In this document: piece by piece, positions 54,074-63,186 of the stretch
Layout of the letters: every line of letters begins with the position of its first letter
How positions within the stretch are numbered: the stretch's first letter is position 1
Assembly (NCBI GenBank): GCA_030432905.1
Contig: JAUILU010000002.1
Span: 136,084 to 200,083, forward strand
Direction of reading: 5' to 3'
Length of the DNA: 64,000 bases
From: Phycisphaerae bacterium
GTDB lineage: Bacteria > Planctomycetota > Phycisphaerae > Phycisphaerales > UBA1924
Translations under genes and position numbers: made by a program
Notes under the pieces: generated by a model
What the model saw: the letters and a program-made list of their open reading frames with translations, nothing else
The model's database searches: none
What the model was told of the DNA's origin: nothing

Positions 54074-56266
54074 ATGCGACCAACGACCCCCTCGGCCAGG
54101 TTCCGTACCAACCTCTCGATAGCGATGCTGATTGCGCTGGTGACAGGATGCGGCTCGTACGACCGCTCTGGTCGCTACGGCGATATATCCATTACGCCGG
54201 TCATGGTGGCGCCGTGGTGGGAATTCCGCGACCGACTCCAGCCGAAGTTCAAGCTTGATGCGGACGAGTTGCTCGCCAAGGCGCTGCCCAAAACTCTTGC
54301 AACAACCGATCGCACATTCCGCGGCTCATCGGTGCGAACAGAAGTGCTTCTGCCGAACTCGAACTTTGATCTGTCTGATATCGGCGGCGGCGAGGGCGTC
54401 GGATCGGGCGATGGTGCCGACGCCAGCGATCGAAAGGCCGCCGATCTGGCGCTGCTTGAGACGCCTCTCGGCAGCGACCACATGATGCTTTATCAGCTCT
54501 CCAACGCGCTCTATCAAGAGATCGCGATGCTCAACAGCTACATCATGCACACAACAGTGCCCGATGGCTACGCGCCCTACGTCATCCGACTGAACATCGG
54601 CGCGATGATCTACGCCGACGATCTCGAGGCGGACATGTACAGCACGATCAGCTTCTTCACAGGCAAGCCCTCGTTCGGCGGTGACCCGACCAAGTCCGAT
54701 GAGATCCCGTCGGCCGGTGTTCTGGTTGTGCCGATGCTCGTCACCGATGCGATCGAAGCCGCCCAGCGCCAACAGAGCCGCGAGCGACTCATCGACATCG
54801 CGACCCGCGTCTCGGGCGGCATCGGCACGGTCGGCGGCGACATCTCGTTCGCCGAGCGTTACAACAGACTCCAGCAGCTCATCGGATCCGACATGAACTC
54901 GGTGTTCCAGGTCTCAAGGGCGTCTGACAACACCATCAGAGTCAAGATGGGCGCGTCCAACAGTGTCCCGGCCGGCAACAGGATCAACAACCTGAACCAG
55001 GAACTCGTGGGCCGAACCTTGCCCGTGACACTGCTCGTGCTTGTGCCCAAGGACTACGTCAACTACATCCAAAGCGACGATTGCGAGGAACCCGGAGTCG
55101 GAGCCGTGCTTACTGCTGTTCAGCGCACGTCGTTCCGAAACCCGAAGACGGGCCGGCTGCTCCGCAACAAGACCGACCTCGGCAACAAGTTTCTGCGCGT
55201 CAAAGACTCAGAAATGGTCAAGGTGTACGGCCTCGAGTCCGACTTCGTCAAACTCTACAAGAACTTCAACGAAACCGAGAACCGCTTTGAAACTTACCTC
55301 GGCAAGATCGCTCTCGCGGTTGCAGACAACGACTATCAACGATTCGTCGAGGTGCTCGAGTGGGCCAGCACGCCCGGACTCCAGCGCGTTGCACCAGTTG
55401 TATGGACCACGTTTGTTGACATCTTTGCGGATACAGACACCTCGGTCACAACCATCAGCCTCTGCGAGTCCCACACGCCGGCGCTCCCTCTGATTCCGGA
55501 TGAGGGTACAAAGCTTGCTGTCCTTGACGACGGCAAGTCGCTCACCGTTCAGATCGGCGGCGGCAAGAACCTGTCGGCATCAAAGATCGAATCCAGGCTC
55601 ATTGTCTCGGCCGAGTCTCTCGACAAACCGGTCGTCTTCTCGCCGAACTCCGTCAAGGTTGACACGACAGGCAGAACAATCCAGCTCGCCTTCCCCTGGT
55701 TCGATCAGTCGCTGATCGAACCCGACGCGAAGAAAGCCAAGAACGTCGAGTACGCGGTTCATCTGGGTTTGTACGCAGATCACTCCGAGAACACAGAGAG
55801 CAGCCTTGTTTCGTCCACCCCCATTGCTGCCCAGCGTGTCGTGCTCAAGAAAGACGCCAAGGCCGCGAAAGACCCTGTCGCGGTCACGATGACCACTTCG
55901 ACCGCCGAGATCTCCGGCAAACAGGGCAAGATCGACATCACGATCAAACGCGACGCGAAGATCGATCTGCCAAAGGACAACGCCTTCATCACGATCGAGC
56001 ACGCCAGCTTCATGGGCATCTCGACCGACGGCACTCAAACGAAGATCGAAAGTTCGATCGAGGACGGGCTTGTTGTTCTTGAAGCAGGCAAACTCAAGAT
56101 CGATATCGCCAAATTCGGCAAGAAGGTCAAGGAAGGCAAGACTTACAGCTTCAGCGTGATGGTCAACCAGATGGCGATCAACAAAGACGTTGTGCTCAAG
56201 CTCGAGATCAAATCTGTCAAAGACATCAGCTCAAGCGTCACCGTCAACAGAGTCGAGGGCCCGTAA
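54074..56266 (+). CDS. large lipoprotein of unknown function
   Basis: 730 aa. Signal plus lipobox (LIALVTGCGS). No motif recognised. Coding-like composition throughout. Confidence 0.7.
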   Translation: MRPTTPSARFRTNLSIAMLIALVTGCGSYDRSGRYGDISITPVMVAPWWEFRDRLQPKFKLDADELLAKALPKTLATTDRTFRGSSVRTEVLLPNSNFDLSDIGGGEGVGSGDGADASDRKAADLALLETPLGSDHMMLYQLSNALYQEIAMLNSYIMHTTVPDGYAPYVIRLNIGAMIYADDLEADMYSTISFFTGKPSFGGDPTKSDEIPSAGVLVVPMLVTDAIEAAQRQQSRERLIDIATRVSGGIGTVGGDISFAERYNRLQQLIGSDMNSVFQVSRASDNTIRVKMGASNSVPAGNRINNLNQELVGRTLPVTLLVLVPKDYVNYIQSDDCEEPGVGAVLTAVQRTSFRNPKTGRLLRNKTDLGNKFLRVKDSEMVKVYGLESDFVKLYKNFNETENRFETYLGKIALAVADNDYQRFVEVLEWASTPGLQRVAPVVWTTFVDIFADTDTSVTTISLCESHTPALPLIPDEGTKLAVLDDGKSLTVQIGGGKNLSASKIESRLIVSAESLDKPVVFSPNSVKVDTTGRTIQLAFPWFDQSLIEPDAKKAKNVEYAVHLGLYADHSENTESSLVSSTPIAAQRVVLKKDAKAAKDPVAVTMTTSTAEISGKQGKIDITIKRDAKIDLPKDNAFITIEHASFMGISTDGTQTKIESSIEDGLVVLEAGKLKIDIAKFGKKVKEGKTYSFSVMVNQMAINKDVVLKLEIKSVKDISSSVTVNRVEGP

Positions 56267-56271
56267 CGGCT

Positions 56272-57300
56272 TTACACCCGCTCCCCACCAACACCGAGCG
56301 ACTTGACCAGGCCGTCGAAGTGATCGATGCCGTAGAAGTCGATGACGAGCTTGCCCTTTGTGCCGGTGCGGTTGGTCTTGATGCTGACCTTCGTGCCCAG
56401 GTGATCGCCGAGCTTGCGTTCGAGGTCAGCGTGAACCGCCGAGCGTCTGGGCGCCTCGGCCGCGGCTTTCGCCTCGACGGGCTTGCCGACCAGCTTGGCC
56501 TGCGCCTCGAGCTGCCTGACCGACCACTCTTCCTTGGCCGCCTTGATCGCGAGCTTGATTCTCTGATCGCCGGCGATAACTGAAAGAAGAGCCTTGCCGT
56601 GCCCGAGCCCGAGGTGGCCCTCGGCGATCAGCGTGCGGATCTCGTCCTCGAGGTCGCACAGCCGGATTAGGTTCGCCACGCTCGACCGGTCCATGCCCAG
56701 CTTCTCCGCGATGTCGGCGTGGGTCATCGAGAACCGGGTCGCAAGCTCCGACAGGGCCTCGGCCCGCTCGATCGCGTTCAGGTCCTCGCGGTGGATGTTC
56801 TCGATGAGCGCCAGCTGAGCCGAGCTCTTGTCGCCCTCCTCGCGGACCATCGCGGGGATGTGCGTCAGGCCCGCGATCTTGGCGGCCCGCCACCGCCGCT
56901 CGCCGGCGATGATCTCGTACCGACCGCCCGTGCTCCCCCCGCTGCTGGCGGGGCGTACAACAATCGGCTGCATCAACCCGTCGGCACGGATCGATTCCGC
57001 CAGCGCCTTGAGCGCCGACTCGTCGAACGATTTGCGAGGTTGGTTTCTGTTTGGTATTGCCCCGCTGAGCGGGATCATGATCGCCGGGCCTTTGGGCGCA
57101 ACTTCATCTGTAGCAACGGCTTGCGGCTGCGTGTCGGCCTCGGGCTTGGGTTGGGCCGGCTGGGCCTCCGGCGCCGGGGCGGCGGTTGGTGGCGTGTCCT
57201 GCGTGTTCTGATCGACCGTGACCGGCTCGCCGATCATCCCGCTCAGGCCTCGGCCGAGCCGACGGCGTTTGACCCTGCCACTCTGTGCGTCCGTACCCAT
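56272..57300 (-). CDS. parB: chromosome partitioning protein ParB/Spo0J
   Basis: 342 aa. RLGRGLSGMI, GLMQPIVVRP, YEIIAGERRWRAAKIAGL and an HTH segment. No parA is adjacent. Confidence 0.9.
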   Translation of the reverse strand: MGTDAQSGRVKRRRLGRGLSGMIGEPVTVDQNTQDTPPTAAPAPEAQPAQPKPEADTQPQAVATDEVAPKGPAIMIPLSGAIPNRNQPRKSFDESALKALAESIRADGLMQPIVVRPASSGGSTGGRYEIIAGERRWRAAKIAGLTHIPAMVREEGDKSSAQLALIENIHREDLNAIERAEALSELATRFSMTHADIAEKLGMDRSSVANLIRLCDLEDEIRTLIAEGHLGLGHGKALLSVIAGDQRIKLAIKAAKEEWSVRQLEAQAKLVGKPVEAKAAAEAPRRSAVHADLERKLGDHLGTKVSIKTNRTGTKGKLVIDFYGIDHFDGLVKSLGVGGERV

Positions 57301-57399
57301 GCGTCGGCCTCCTTGCCAAAGATTCCTGGCTCACCTAGCTTACGCCAACCGGGACTCGCCGGACAACCAGTACCCACACACGCCGCAGGGATAGCACAC

Positions 57400-57870
57400 A
57401 TGACCAGCAACTCCACCCAGCAAGAGCCCGGCCCAGAGACCATCTCCCGCGGTGTGCTCACCCGAGGTTCCGCCGTCCTCGTCTGCAAGAATCTCAAGAA
57501 GGGCTACCTCTATCTGCCCGGCGGCCACGTCGAGATCGGCGAGACCGCCGCGACCGCGGTCATCCGCGAGTTCGAGGAAGAGACCGGACTGAAGGTGACG
57601 CCGGGCCGGTGCGTCGCCGTAGCCGAGGTGCTCTTCGGGAAGGGGGGTCATGAGATCAACTTCCTGTTCCACGTGGAACACGTCGGCGAGCTGCCCGACA
57701 CGGTCGAGAGCAAGGAAGACGGCATCGGTTTCGAGTGGATCGAAGCCGCGGCGATCGTGGACGCCGATCTTCGGCCAAGAGCGATCAAGGCCTGGCTTGT
57801 CGGCGGGGGACTCACAGGCGATCCGGACCAAGAGCTGGCTGAGTTCATCACGGATAAAGAAGACAACTGA
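57400..57870 (+). CDS. NUDIX hydrolase
   Basis: 156 aa from an internal ATG. Nudix box GGHVEIGETAATAVIREFEEETGL. Confidence 0.85.
   Translation: MTSNSTQQEPGPETISRGVLTRGSAVLVCKNLKKGYLYLPGGHVEIGETAATAVIREFEEETGLKVTPGRCVAVAEVLFGKGGHEINFLFHVEHVGELPDTVESKEDGIGFEWIEAAAIVDADLRPRAIKAWLVGGGLTGDPDQELAEFITDKEDN
57665..57680. promoter_or_regulatory. parS site, perfect 16-bp palindrome TGTTCCACGTGGAACA
   Basis: Read directly. One position from the B. subtilis parS TGTTCCACGTGAAACA. Lies inside the NUDIX CDS, 365 bp from the parB start. Confidence 0.8.
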
Positions 57871-57937
57871 CCCGCCCCGCCGCTGACGGCATCACAGACC
57901 CAGAATCACACGTTTTTCGCCGGATTATGGCATATTT

Positions 57938-58810
57938 TTGCGGACCGGACACAACTCGGGCCTGTTGGATGCCGATGCGTGGGCCGTGGCGGAAGATCAC
58001 GAGAACATCCCGACGCCCAAGAAGCTCGAGCACCTCATCGAGAGGCTCGCGGGCAGGATCGCCGAGCTCGACACCGAGATCGAATCCCTGCGCGGCAGGT
58101 CCAACGCGGATTTAGCCGCGGCTCTTCTCGCGCACGAAGTCTGCAACATCCTGACGCCGGGCAAAGCGATCGCGCAGATGGCGCTCGCCAGACCCGGTGA
58201 TCAGGCGATGGCCAAGAAAGCACTCGAAAGGATCGTGACCGGGATCGATCGGACGACTGAGATCGCCGAGATCGTGATCGAGATGACCGAGGGGCATCCG
58301 GTGTCGGAGAACTTCCAGACAGACGTGCTTGATGCCGCCCGGGAGGCCATCCGGTCGCTGCACCAGGACCCGGGTTCGCTGAACATCACGGTGGAGTTGA
58401 AGATCGAGCCGGGCCTGAACGCCGCGATTTCGACCGTTTCGCTGGTTCAGGTGCTCGTAAACCTCGTTTCCAACGCTGTGAAGGCCATTTCTGGTTCTGA
58501 GAGCGGCGGGGGGCGTATCCGGATCGAGGCGGAGTCTGGGCCGTGTTCCACGTGGAACAGCGGCGCGGTTCGGCTGGCGGTGATCGACGACGGCCCCGGC
58601 ATCGACCCGATTCTGCGGGACACGCTCTTCGAGCCGTTCGTCAGGACAACCGAATCCCGCAAGCTCGGCGGCAGCGGTCTCGGGCTTGCGATCTGCCGAC
58701 AGCTCGTCGAAGCGGTGGGCGGGGAACTCGAGGTTTCGTCCACGCCGGGCCACGGCGCCTGCTTCTCGATGATCCTGCCGGCGAGCAAAGCCGCAAGCCG
58801 GGCGGCTTAG
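57938..58810 (+). CDS. cytoplasmic sensor histidine kinase
   Basis: 290 aa. No TM helix. Coiled-coil N-terminus, H-box LLAHEVCNILTP, N-box LVNLVSNAVKA, G-boxes DDGPGI and GGSGLGLAICRQLV. Confidence 0.8.
   Translation: MRTGHNSGLLDADAWAVAEDHENIPTPKKLEHLIERLAGRIAELDTEIESLRGRSNADLAAALLAHEVCNILTPGKAIAQMALARPGDQAMAKKALERIVTGIDRTTEIAEIVIEMTEGHPVSENFQTDVLDAAREAIRSLHQDPGSLNITVELKIEPGLNAAISTVSLVQVLVNLVSNAVKAISGSESGGGRIRIEAESGPCSTWNSGAVRLAVIDDGPGIDPILRDTLFEPFVRTTESRKLGGSGLGLAICRQLVEAVGGELEVSSTPGHGACFSMILPASKAASRAA
58544..58559. promoter_or_regulatory. second parS site, identical palindrome TGTTCCACGTGGAACA
   Basis: Read directly. Lies inside the histidine kinase CDS, 879 bp from the first site. Confidence 0.8.
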
Positions 58811-58854
58811 CGCCCCGGCCCCCCTATCAGAATTTCAATGAGAGAATCGGTCGC

Positions 58855-59961
58855 CTAGCTGCCCATCGGCAGGATGACGATGTCGCACGGGTCAATCCGC
58901 ATGCCGACCTGGGTGGTCGAGGTGCTCAGGTGCTCGGCCGTCGGGTTGAGCTCGCTGACGGCGAGGACCTGGCCCATCGTCTGTTCGCCGAGGCGGACCT
59001 GGTGCTGAGCGATCTCGCCGAGGTAGACGGATTCGAGCCGTTTGCCGGGCAGCGTGCCGGTGGCGGCAGCCTCGACGAGTTTGATCGACTCGGGACGGAT
59101 CGAGCACATCACACGCTGGCCCTTGGAGTAGGCGGCGGTGTCTCCGGCAATCGAGGCGAGGACCTTGCCGGCGGCGGTCTCAAGGGTGAGCCGGTTAACG
59201 CCGTCGGGTTCGAGAACCTTGGCCTCGACGAAGTTGGTTTCCCCGAGGAAGCTGGCGACGAACTGACTCTGCGGGTTCCGGTAGAGATCCTGCGGTGTGC
59301 CGATCTGCTGGATCTGGCCGCCCTTCATGATGGCGATGCGGTCCGCCATGCTGAGGGCTTCTTTTTGATCGTGTGTGACGTAAACCGTTGTCAATCCAGC
59401 ACTTTTGCAGATCTTTCTAATTTCACTTCTTAGATCTGTTCTGAGTTTAGCGTCGAGGTTCGAGAGCGGCTCGTCGAGCAGGAGGACGTCCGGGCGGATG
59501 ACCAGGGCGCGGGCGAGCGCGACGCGCTGCTGCTGGCCGCCGGAGAGTTGGTTGGGCTTGCGCTTGGCGTACTCGCCCATCTGGACGGCTTCGAGGGCTT
59601 CCCTGACGGCCCGGTCGCGGGCGGCGGCGGGGGTCTTGCGGACGTTGAGGCCGAAGGCGACGTTCTGCTCGACGGTCATGTGGGGCCAGAGGGCGTAGCT
59701 CTGGAAGACCATGCCGGTGTTTCGTTTGTTGGGTGGGGTGTTGGTGACGTCTTTGTTGTCGAAGGCGATGGTGCCGGAGGTGGGCTCGATGAAGCCGGCG
59801 ATCATGCGGAGGAGGGTCGTTTTGCCGCAGCCCGAGGGGCCGAGGAGGAAGAAGAGTTCGCCCGGCTCGATGGCTGTGGTGATGTGGTCTACGGCGGTGG
59901 CCTTTGCCGAGCCCGAGCCGAAGGTCTTGGTGATGCCGGTGAGTTGGATTCGCGTGCTCAT
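58855..59961 (-). CDS. ABC transporter ATP-binding protein (PotA/MalK/CysA-like importer ATPase)
   Basis: Start [15 protein letters not shown] (59961). Walker [11 protein letters not shown]-loop, signature [15 protein letters not shown], Walker B LLLDEPLS, and a C-terminal TOBE-like domain. No permease or binding protein is nearby. Confidence 0.88.
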   Translation of the reverse strand: MSTRIQLTGITKTFGSGSAKATAVDHITTAIEPGELFFLLGPSGCGKTTLLRMIAGFIEPTSGTIAFDNKDVTNTPPNKRNTGMVFQSYALWPHMTVEQNVAFGLNVRKTPAAARDRAVREALEAVQMGEYAKRKPNQLSGGQQQRVALARALVIRPDVLLLDEPLSNLDAKLRTDLRSEIRKICKSAGLTTVYVTHDQKEALSMADRIAIMKGGQIQQIGTPQDLYRNPQSQFVASFLGETNFVEAKVLEPDGVNRLTLETAAGKVLASIAGDTAAYSKGQRVMCSIRPESIKLVEAAATGTLPGKRLESVYLGEIAQHQVRLGEQTMGQVLAVSELNPTAEHLSTSTTQVGMRIDPCDIVILPMGS

Positions 59962-60163
59962 AGGTGCCAAAGGGTAGCGGACTGGGGGGCCGGATGCCCG
60001 GCCGGCGAGTCGGTGGAGTACGGAGTGGGAGGAGGGCTGGCGTCCGTGTGTAACCCGGGTGCGGACGTGTGGCCCGGCGAGGGCTCGTTGAAGAGATGGC
60101 CAATGTTGGGCGGCATCCTTGGTATTGCCTTGCCGGGCAAGTAGGATGAAATCGGAGACCAAA

Positions 60164-61342
60164 ATGAATTCAAAGATTGTTGTTGTGGTGGCCGGATTGT
60201 GTGCATCTAGTTCTGCGTGGGGGCAGGGTGTCGCGGATGCGTACACGCTGGTCGAGCTTCAGCGGCTTGATCCGGCGAACCCGGTTCGGCCCGCGGCGAT
60301 CAACAACAGCGGTGTGGTCGTCGGAGAGAGTATCGATGGATCTGTCCGGGTGCCGGTTGTGTTCATGCCCGACGGGGTGTCAACAGAGCTGAGCACGCCG
60401 GTGATCTCAGACTCTATTCGTGCGGTCGACATCAACGACGAGGGCGCCATCCTGTACCGCGCGTCGGTCAGTGAGGGGAGTCCGCTGCATGTGCGCACGG
60501 CAAAAGGCGTGCACCACGAGTTGCCTGTGCCCGCCGGGTATGACCTGTCTTACGGCATCGCGATCAACTCGAGGGGCGATGTCGCGGGCGGAGTGTTTGA
60601 GCTTCCGGATCTGGTTGATGGCGTGCCCGCGATATGGTCGCTTACTCCGAGTGGCTACGAGGTGAACGTTCTTTCTTCACTGTTTGGCAAAGGGGTTAGC
60701 GCGTTCTCGGATTCGGGATTGGTCGGGTATTGGGGGCAGTACAGCAGTTCGGGTAACGGCGACCTGTATGACACGCGCACGGGCGAGGTCGTGTCGCACT
60801 TCTCTGGTGCGCAGTTTGCCGAAGCGCAGGACATCAACAGCGCGGGCCGCTGTGTGTACGCGTTTGATGAGGGATCGAGCGATGTGCAGACCGCGGTGAG
60901 CGGTTTGGTTGCTTCGATTTATCCACTTGGGTGTGAGGATTCTGCGACGCCATGGTGCGAGACTCAGGGGCAGATGCTCGGGCTGGCAATCAATGAGCAG
61001 GATGTGGTGGTGGGGTACGCCAACCCGGTGCTGCTGGATAACGACGGCTGGCCGGACGGGGACTATGGGCCGTCCACCGCGTTTGTCTGGTCCGAGCAGA
61101 CGAGCTCGGTCAGGCTTACGGATCTGGTTATTGAAAGTGATCTTGTGGGCTGGACGCTTTCCTCGGCGGTCGACATTAACGACGCTGGTTGGATCATCGG
61201 CAACGGCAACAAAGACGGCGAGGCAGCAGCGTTCCTGCTGATTCCACGCGAGCCCTGCGCGGGTGATGTGAACCGCGATGGCGCGGTGACGCCGACGGAC
61301 TTCTCGGCATGGGTTGGCGCCTACCAGAGTGGGTGCGACTGA
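60164..61342 (+). CDS. HAF-type extracellular repeat protein ending in a half GC-type dockerin
   Basis: Start MNSKIVVVVAGL. Repeats AINNSGVVVG, DINDEGAILY, AINSRGDVAG, DINSAGRCVY, AINEQDVVVGY, DINDAGWIIGNG. C-terminus [28 protein letters not shown]. Confidence 0.7.
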   Translation: MNSKIVVVVAGLCASSSAWGQGVADAYTLVELQRLDPANPVRPAAINNSGVVVGESIDGSVRVPVVFMPDGVSTELSTPVISDSIRAVDINDEGAILYRASVSEGSPLHVRTAKGVHHELPVPAGYDLSYGIAINSRGDVAGGVFELPDLVDGVPAIWSLTPSGYEVNVLSSLFGKGVSAFSDSGLVGYWGQYSSSGNGDLYDTRTGEVVSHFSGAQFAEAQDINSAGRCVYAFDEGSSDVQTAVSGLVASIYPLGCEDSATPWCETQGQMLGLAINEQDVVVGYANPVLLDNDGWPDGDYGPSTAFVWSEQTSSVRLTDLVIESDLVGWTLSSAVDINDAGWIIGNGNKDGEAAAFLLIPREPCAGDVNRDGAVTPTDFSAWVGAYQSGCD

Positions 61343-61363
61343 TCGAGGTCGAAATGAACGTTC

Positions 61364-62473
61364 GTGAGTCCCGGGGCGGCCTGTGGGGGTGCAAAGGCTG
61401 TCGATAGGCTGGGTCGGCTTGATCCGCTCGGCGGGATCGCGGACGATGCTCTGGTGACTTCCGACCCGACAAACCCGAACGCCGACGCCGGCGGCCAGCA
61501 GGCGCTGGAAGAGCTGCCTGCGCCGAGGTCGGACGGGGCGGATGATGCCGGCCGCGGCGAGGAGTCGTGGACCGAGTTCAAGCCCAGCAAGGATCTTGAG
61601 AACGACATCGACGGCTACGGCGCGAACGAGTTGAGAGAGGCGCGGAGCGCGACCGACCGAGTCCCGCTGAAGAAGGATCTCTTGGCGCTGGCGCACTCGG
61701 TAGTGCACATCGCCAATCCGAGGCATCGGAAGCGCACGGTTCGTGTGCTCAGGCGACGGCGAGCGTTTCTTGCGTCGTGCGCGATCGTGCTGATGGGCGC
61801 GGTGTGTTTGGTGACAGCGGTGGGGTTCTCGCTCGCCAGGTCCGCGCCGAGCTGGTGGGTCGATGTTGACAAAGAGTCGCCCAGAAACATCACGCTTGCG
61901 GACCAGGTCCAGAATCTTTCTATTACCTACATCCACGCGGATCACGAATCGGTGACCGAGGGCGCTTCGCAGTGGCCCGTGAAGATGACGGACGAGGCGG
62001 CCAACGCGTGGCTGAACATCAACATGCCGGGCTGGTTCACGAAGATCAGCGACGGGATGGACTGGCCCGAGTCGATCTCGCAGGTGCAGATCGTTTTCGA
62101 CAGCGGGACGGTTCGTTTGGGTGTGCGCGTGCGGACGGAGATCGGGACGCGGATCTACAGCTGCGCGATCGTGCCCGAGCTGCGCGAGGACGGGTCGCTC
62201 TGGATGAAGGCGAGGACGGTTTCGATGGGAAGGCTGACGCTGCCCGCCAACTGGGTGCTGCGCGGCGCCGAGGCGCACGCGGCGGGGTTTATCCCGGAGC
62301 AGCTGCGCGGGACAGCCGAGGCGGAGGCGCTATTTGAGAAGCTGACGGGGCAGTTGCCGCTCTTCGATGTCGCCGAGGTGAAGCTTGGCGACGGTCGGCG
62401 CGTTCGGCTTCTTGATCTGCGTGTGCGCGACGGGACGATTATTACGCTGTTTGAGACGCGGGAGGCGCAGTGA
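61364..62473 (+). CDS. single-pass membrane protein of unknown function
   Basis: 369 aa (start uncertain). Basic stretch RKRTVRVLRRRRAF followed by TM LASCAIVLMGAVCLVTAVGF, then a soluble domain. Confidence 0.5.
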   Translation: MSPGAACGGAKAVDRLGRLDPLGGIADDALVTSDPTNPNADAGGQQALEELPAPRSDGADDAGRGEESWTEFKPSKDLENDIDGYGANELREARSATDRVPLKKDLLALAHSVVHIANPRHRKRTVRVLRRRRAFLASCAIVLMGAVCLVTAVGFSLARSAPSWWVDVDKESPRNITLADQVQNLSITYIHADHESVTEGASQWPVKMTDEAANAWLNINMPGWFTKISDGMDWPESISQVQIVFDSGTVRLGVRVRTEIGTRIYSCAIVPELREDGSLWMKARTVSMGRLTLPANWVLRGAEAHAAGFIPEQLRGTAEAEALFEKLTGQLPLFDVAEVKLGDGRRVRLLDLRVRDGTIITLFETREAQ

Positions 62474-62712
62474 GCAGCGAGTCGGCTTGTTCGCGGTGCG
62501 GTTCCAGTGTGAGCACTCGGCCCGCGATTGTGTGCCATTTGGGCAATCTTGTACGTGGAAAAACTCCGCTGGTGGCATCGGTCTTGTGCGAGGGATGCGC
62601 ACTCAAGCAACGCGTGCGAACCATGGGTTGCACTGTGGTGTGTTTAGCAACGATCGGTGTTGTACTCGTGATGATTGCGGTTTTTTTCTTCGATAAGCAG
62701 GCGACCCCATGA
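62470..62712 (+). CDS. small tail-anchored Cys4 (zinc-ribbon-like) protein
   Basis: 80 aa. GTGA overlap with the upstream gene. CSRCG...C...CEGC and a C-terminal TM VVCLATIGVVLVMIAVFFF. Confidence 0.45.
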   Translation: MSSESACSRCGSSVSTRPAIVCHLGNLVRGKTPLVASVLCEGCALKQRVRTMGCTVVCLATIGVVLVMIAVFFFDKQATP

Positions 62713-63182
62713 GTAAGCCGAGTTCAATCCGGCTGCGCCCGGTCGAGCTTGGGGATCTCCGCACGATCTACGAGTACCAGCTCGATCCGGCGGCCAACGC
62801 GATGGCGGTGGCGAACCCGCGGAGCGAGGAGGACTTCTTCTCGCACTGGACGAAATCGATTTCGAACCCGGAGATCGTGGCGAGGGTGATCGTCGCCGAC
62901 GGCGTGGTGGTGGGGCATGTCTCGGTTTTCATGATGAACGGGCGCGACACGGTCGGCTACTGGATCGACCGGGCGTACTGGGGACTTGGGATCGCGTCGG
63001 CGGGGCTCGGGTTGCTGCTCGAGGAAGTGAAGATGAGGCCGTTGTACGCGATGGCGGCCAGGAGCAACGCGGCATCGGCGCGCGTTCTTGAGAAGTGCGG
63101 CTTTGTCTTGACCGGGTACGAGTGGGCCGAGGCGACGGAGCGGTTCCCGGCGTGTGAAGAGGCGGTGTTTCGGTTGGGGTAG
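62709..63182 (+). CDS. GNAT family N-acetyltransferase
   Basis: 157 aa. ATGA overlap with the upstream gene. WGLGIASAGLGLLL and ARSNAASARVLEKCGF are typical acetyl-CoA binding motifs. Confidence 0.8.
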   Translation: MSKPSSIRLRPVELGDLRTIYEYQLDPAANAMAVANPRSEEDFFSHWTKSISNPEIVARVIVADGVVVGHVSVFMMNGRDTVGYWIDRAYWGLGIASAGLGLLLEEVKMRPLYAMAARSNAASARVLEKCGFVLTGYEWAEATERFPACEEAVFRLG

Positions 63183-63186
63183 TAAC

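Noticed and set aside
60677-62278. 533-aa minus-strand ORF
   Set aside because: Antisense to the HAF-repeat gene and the following membrane-protein gene. Extremely Arg/Pro-rich translation. Shadow ORF.
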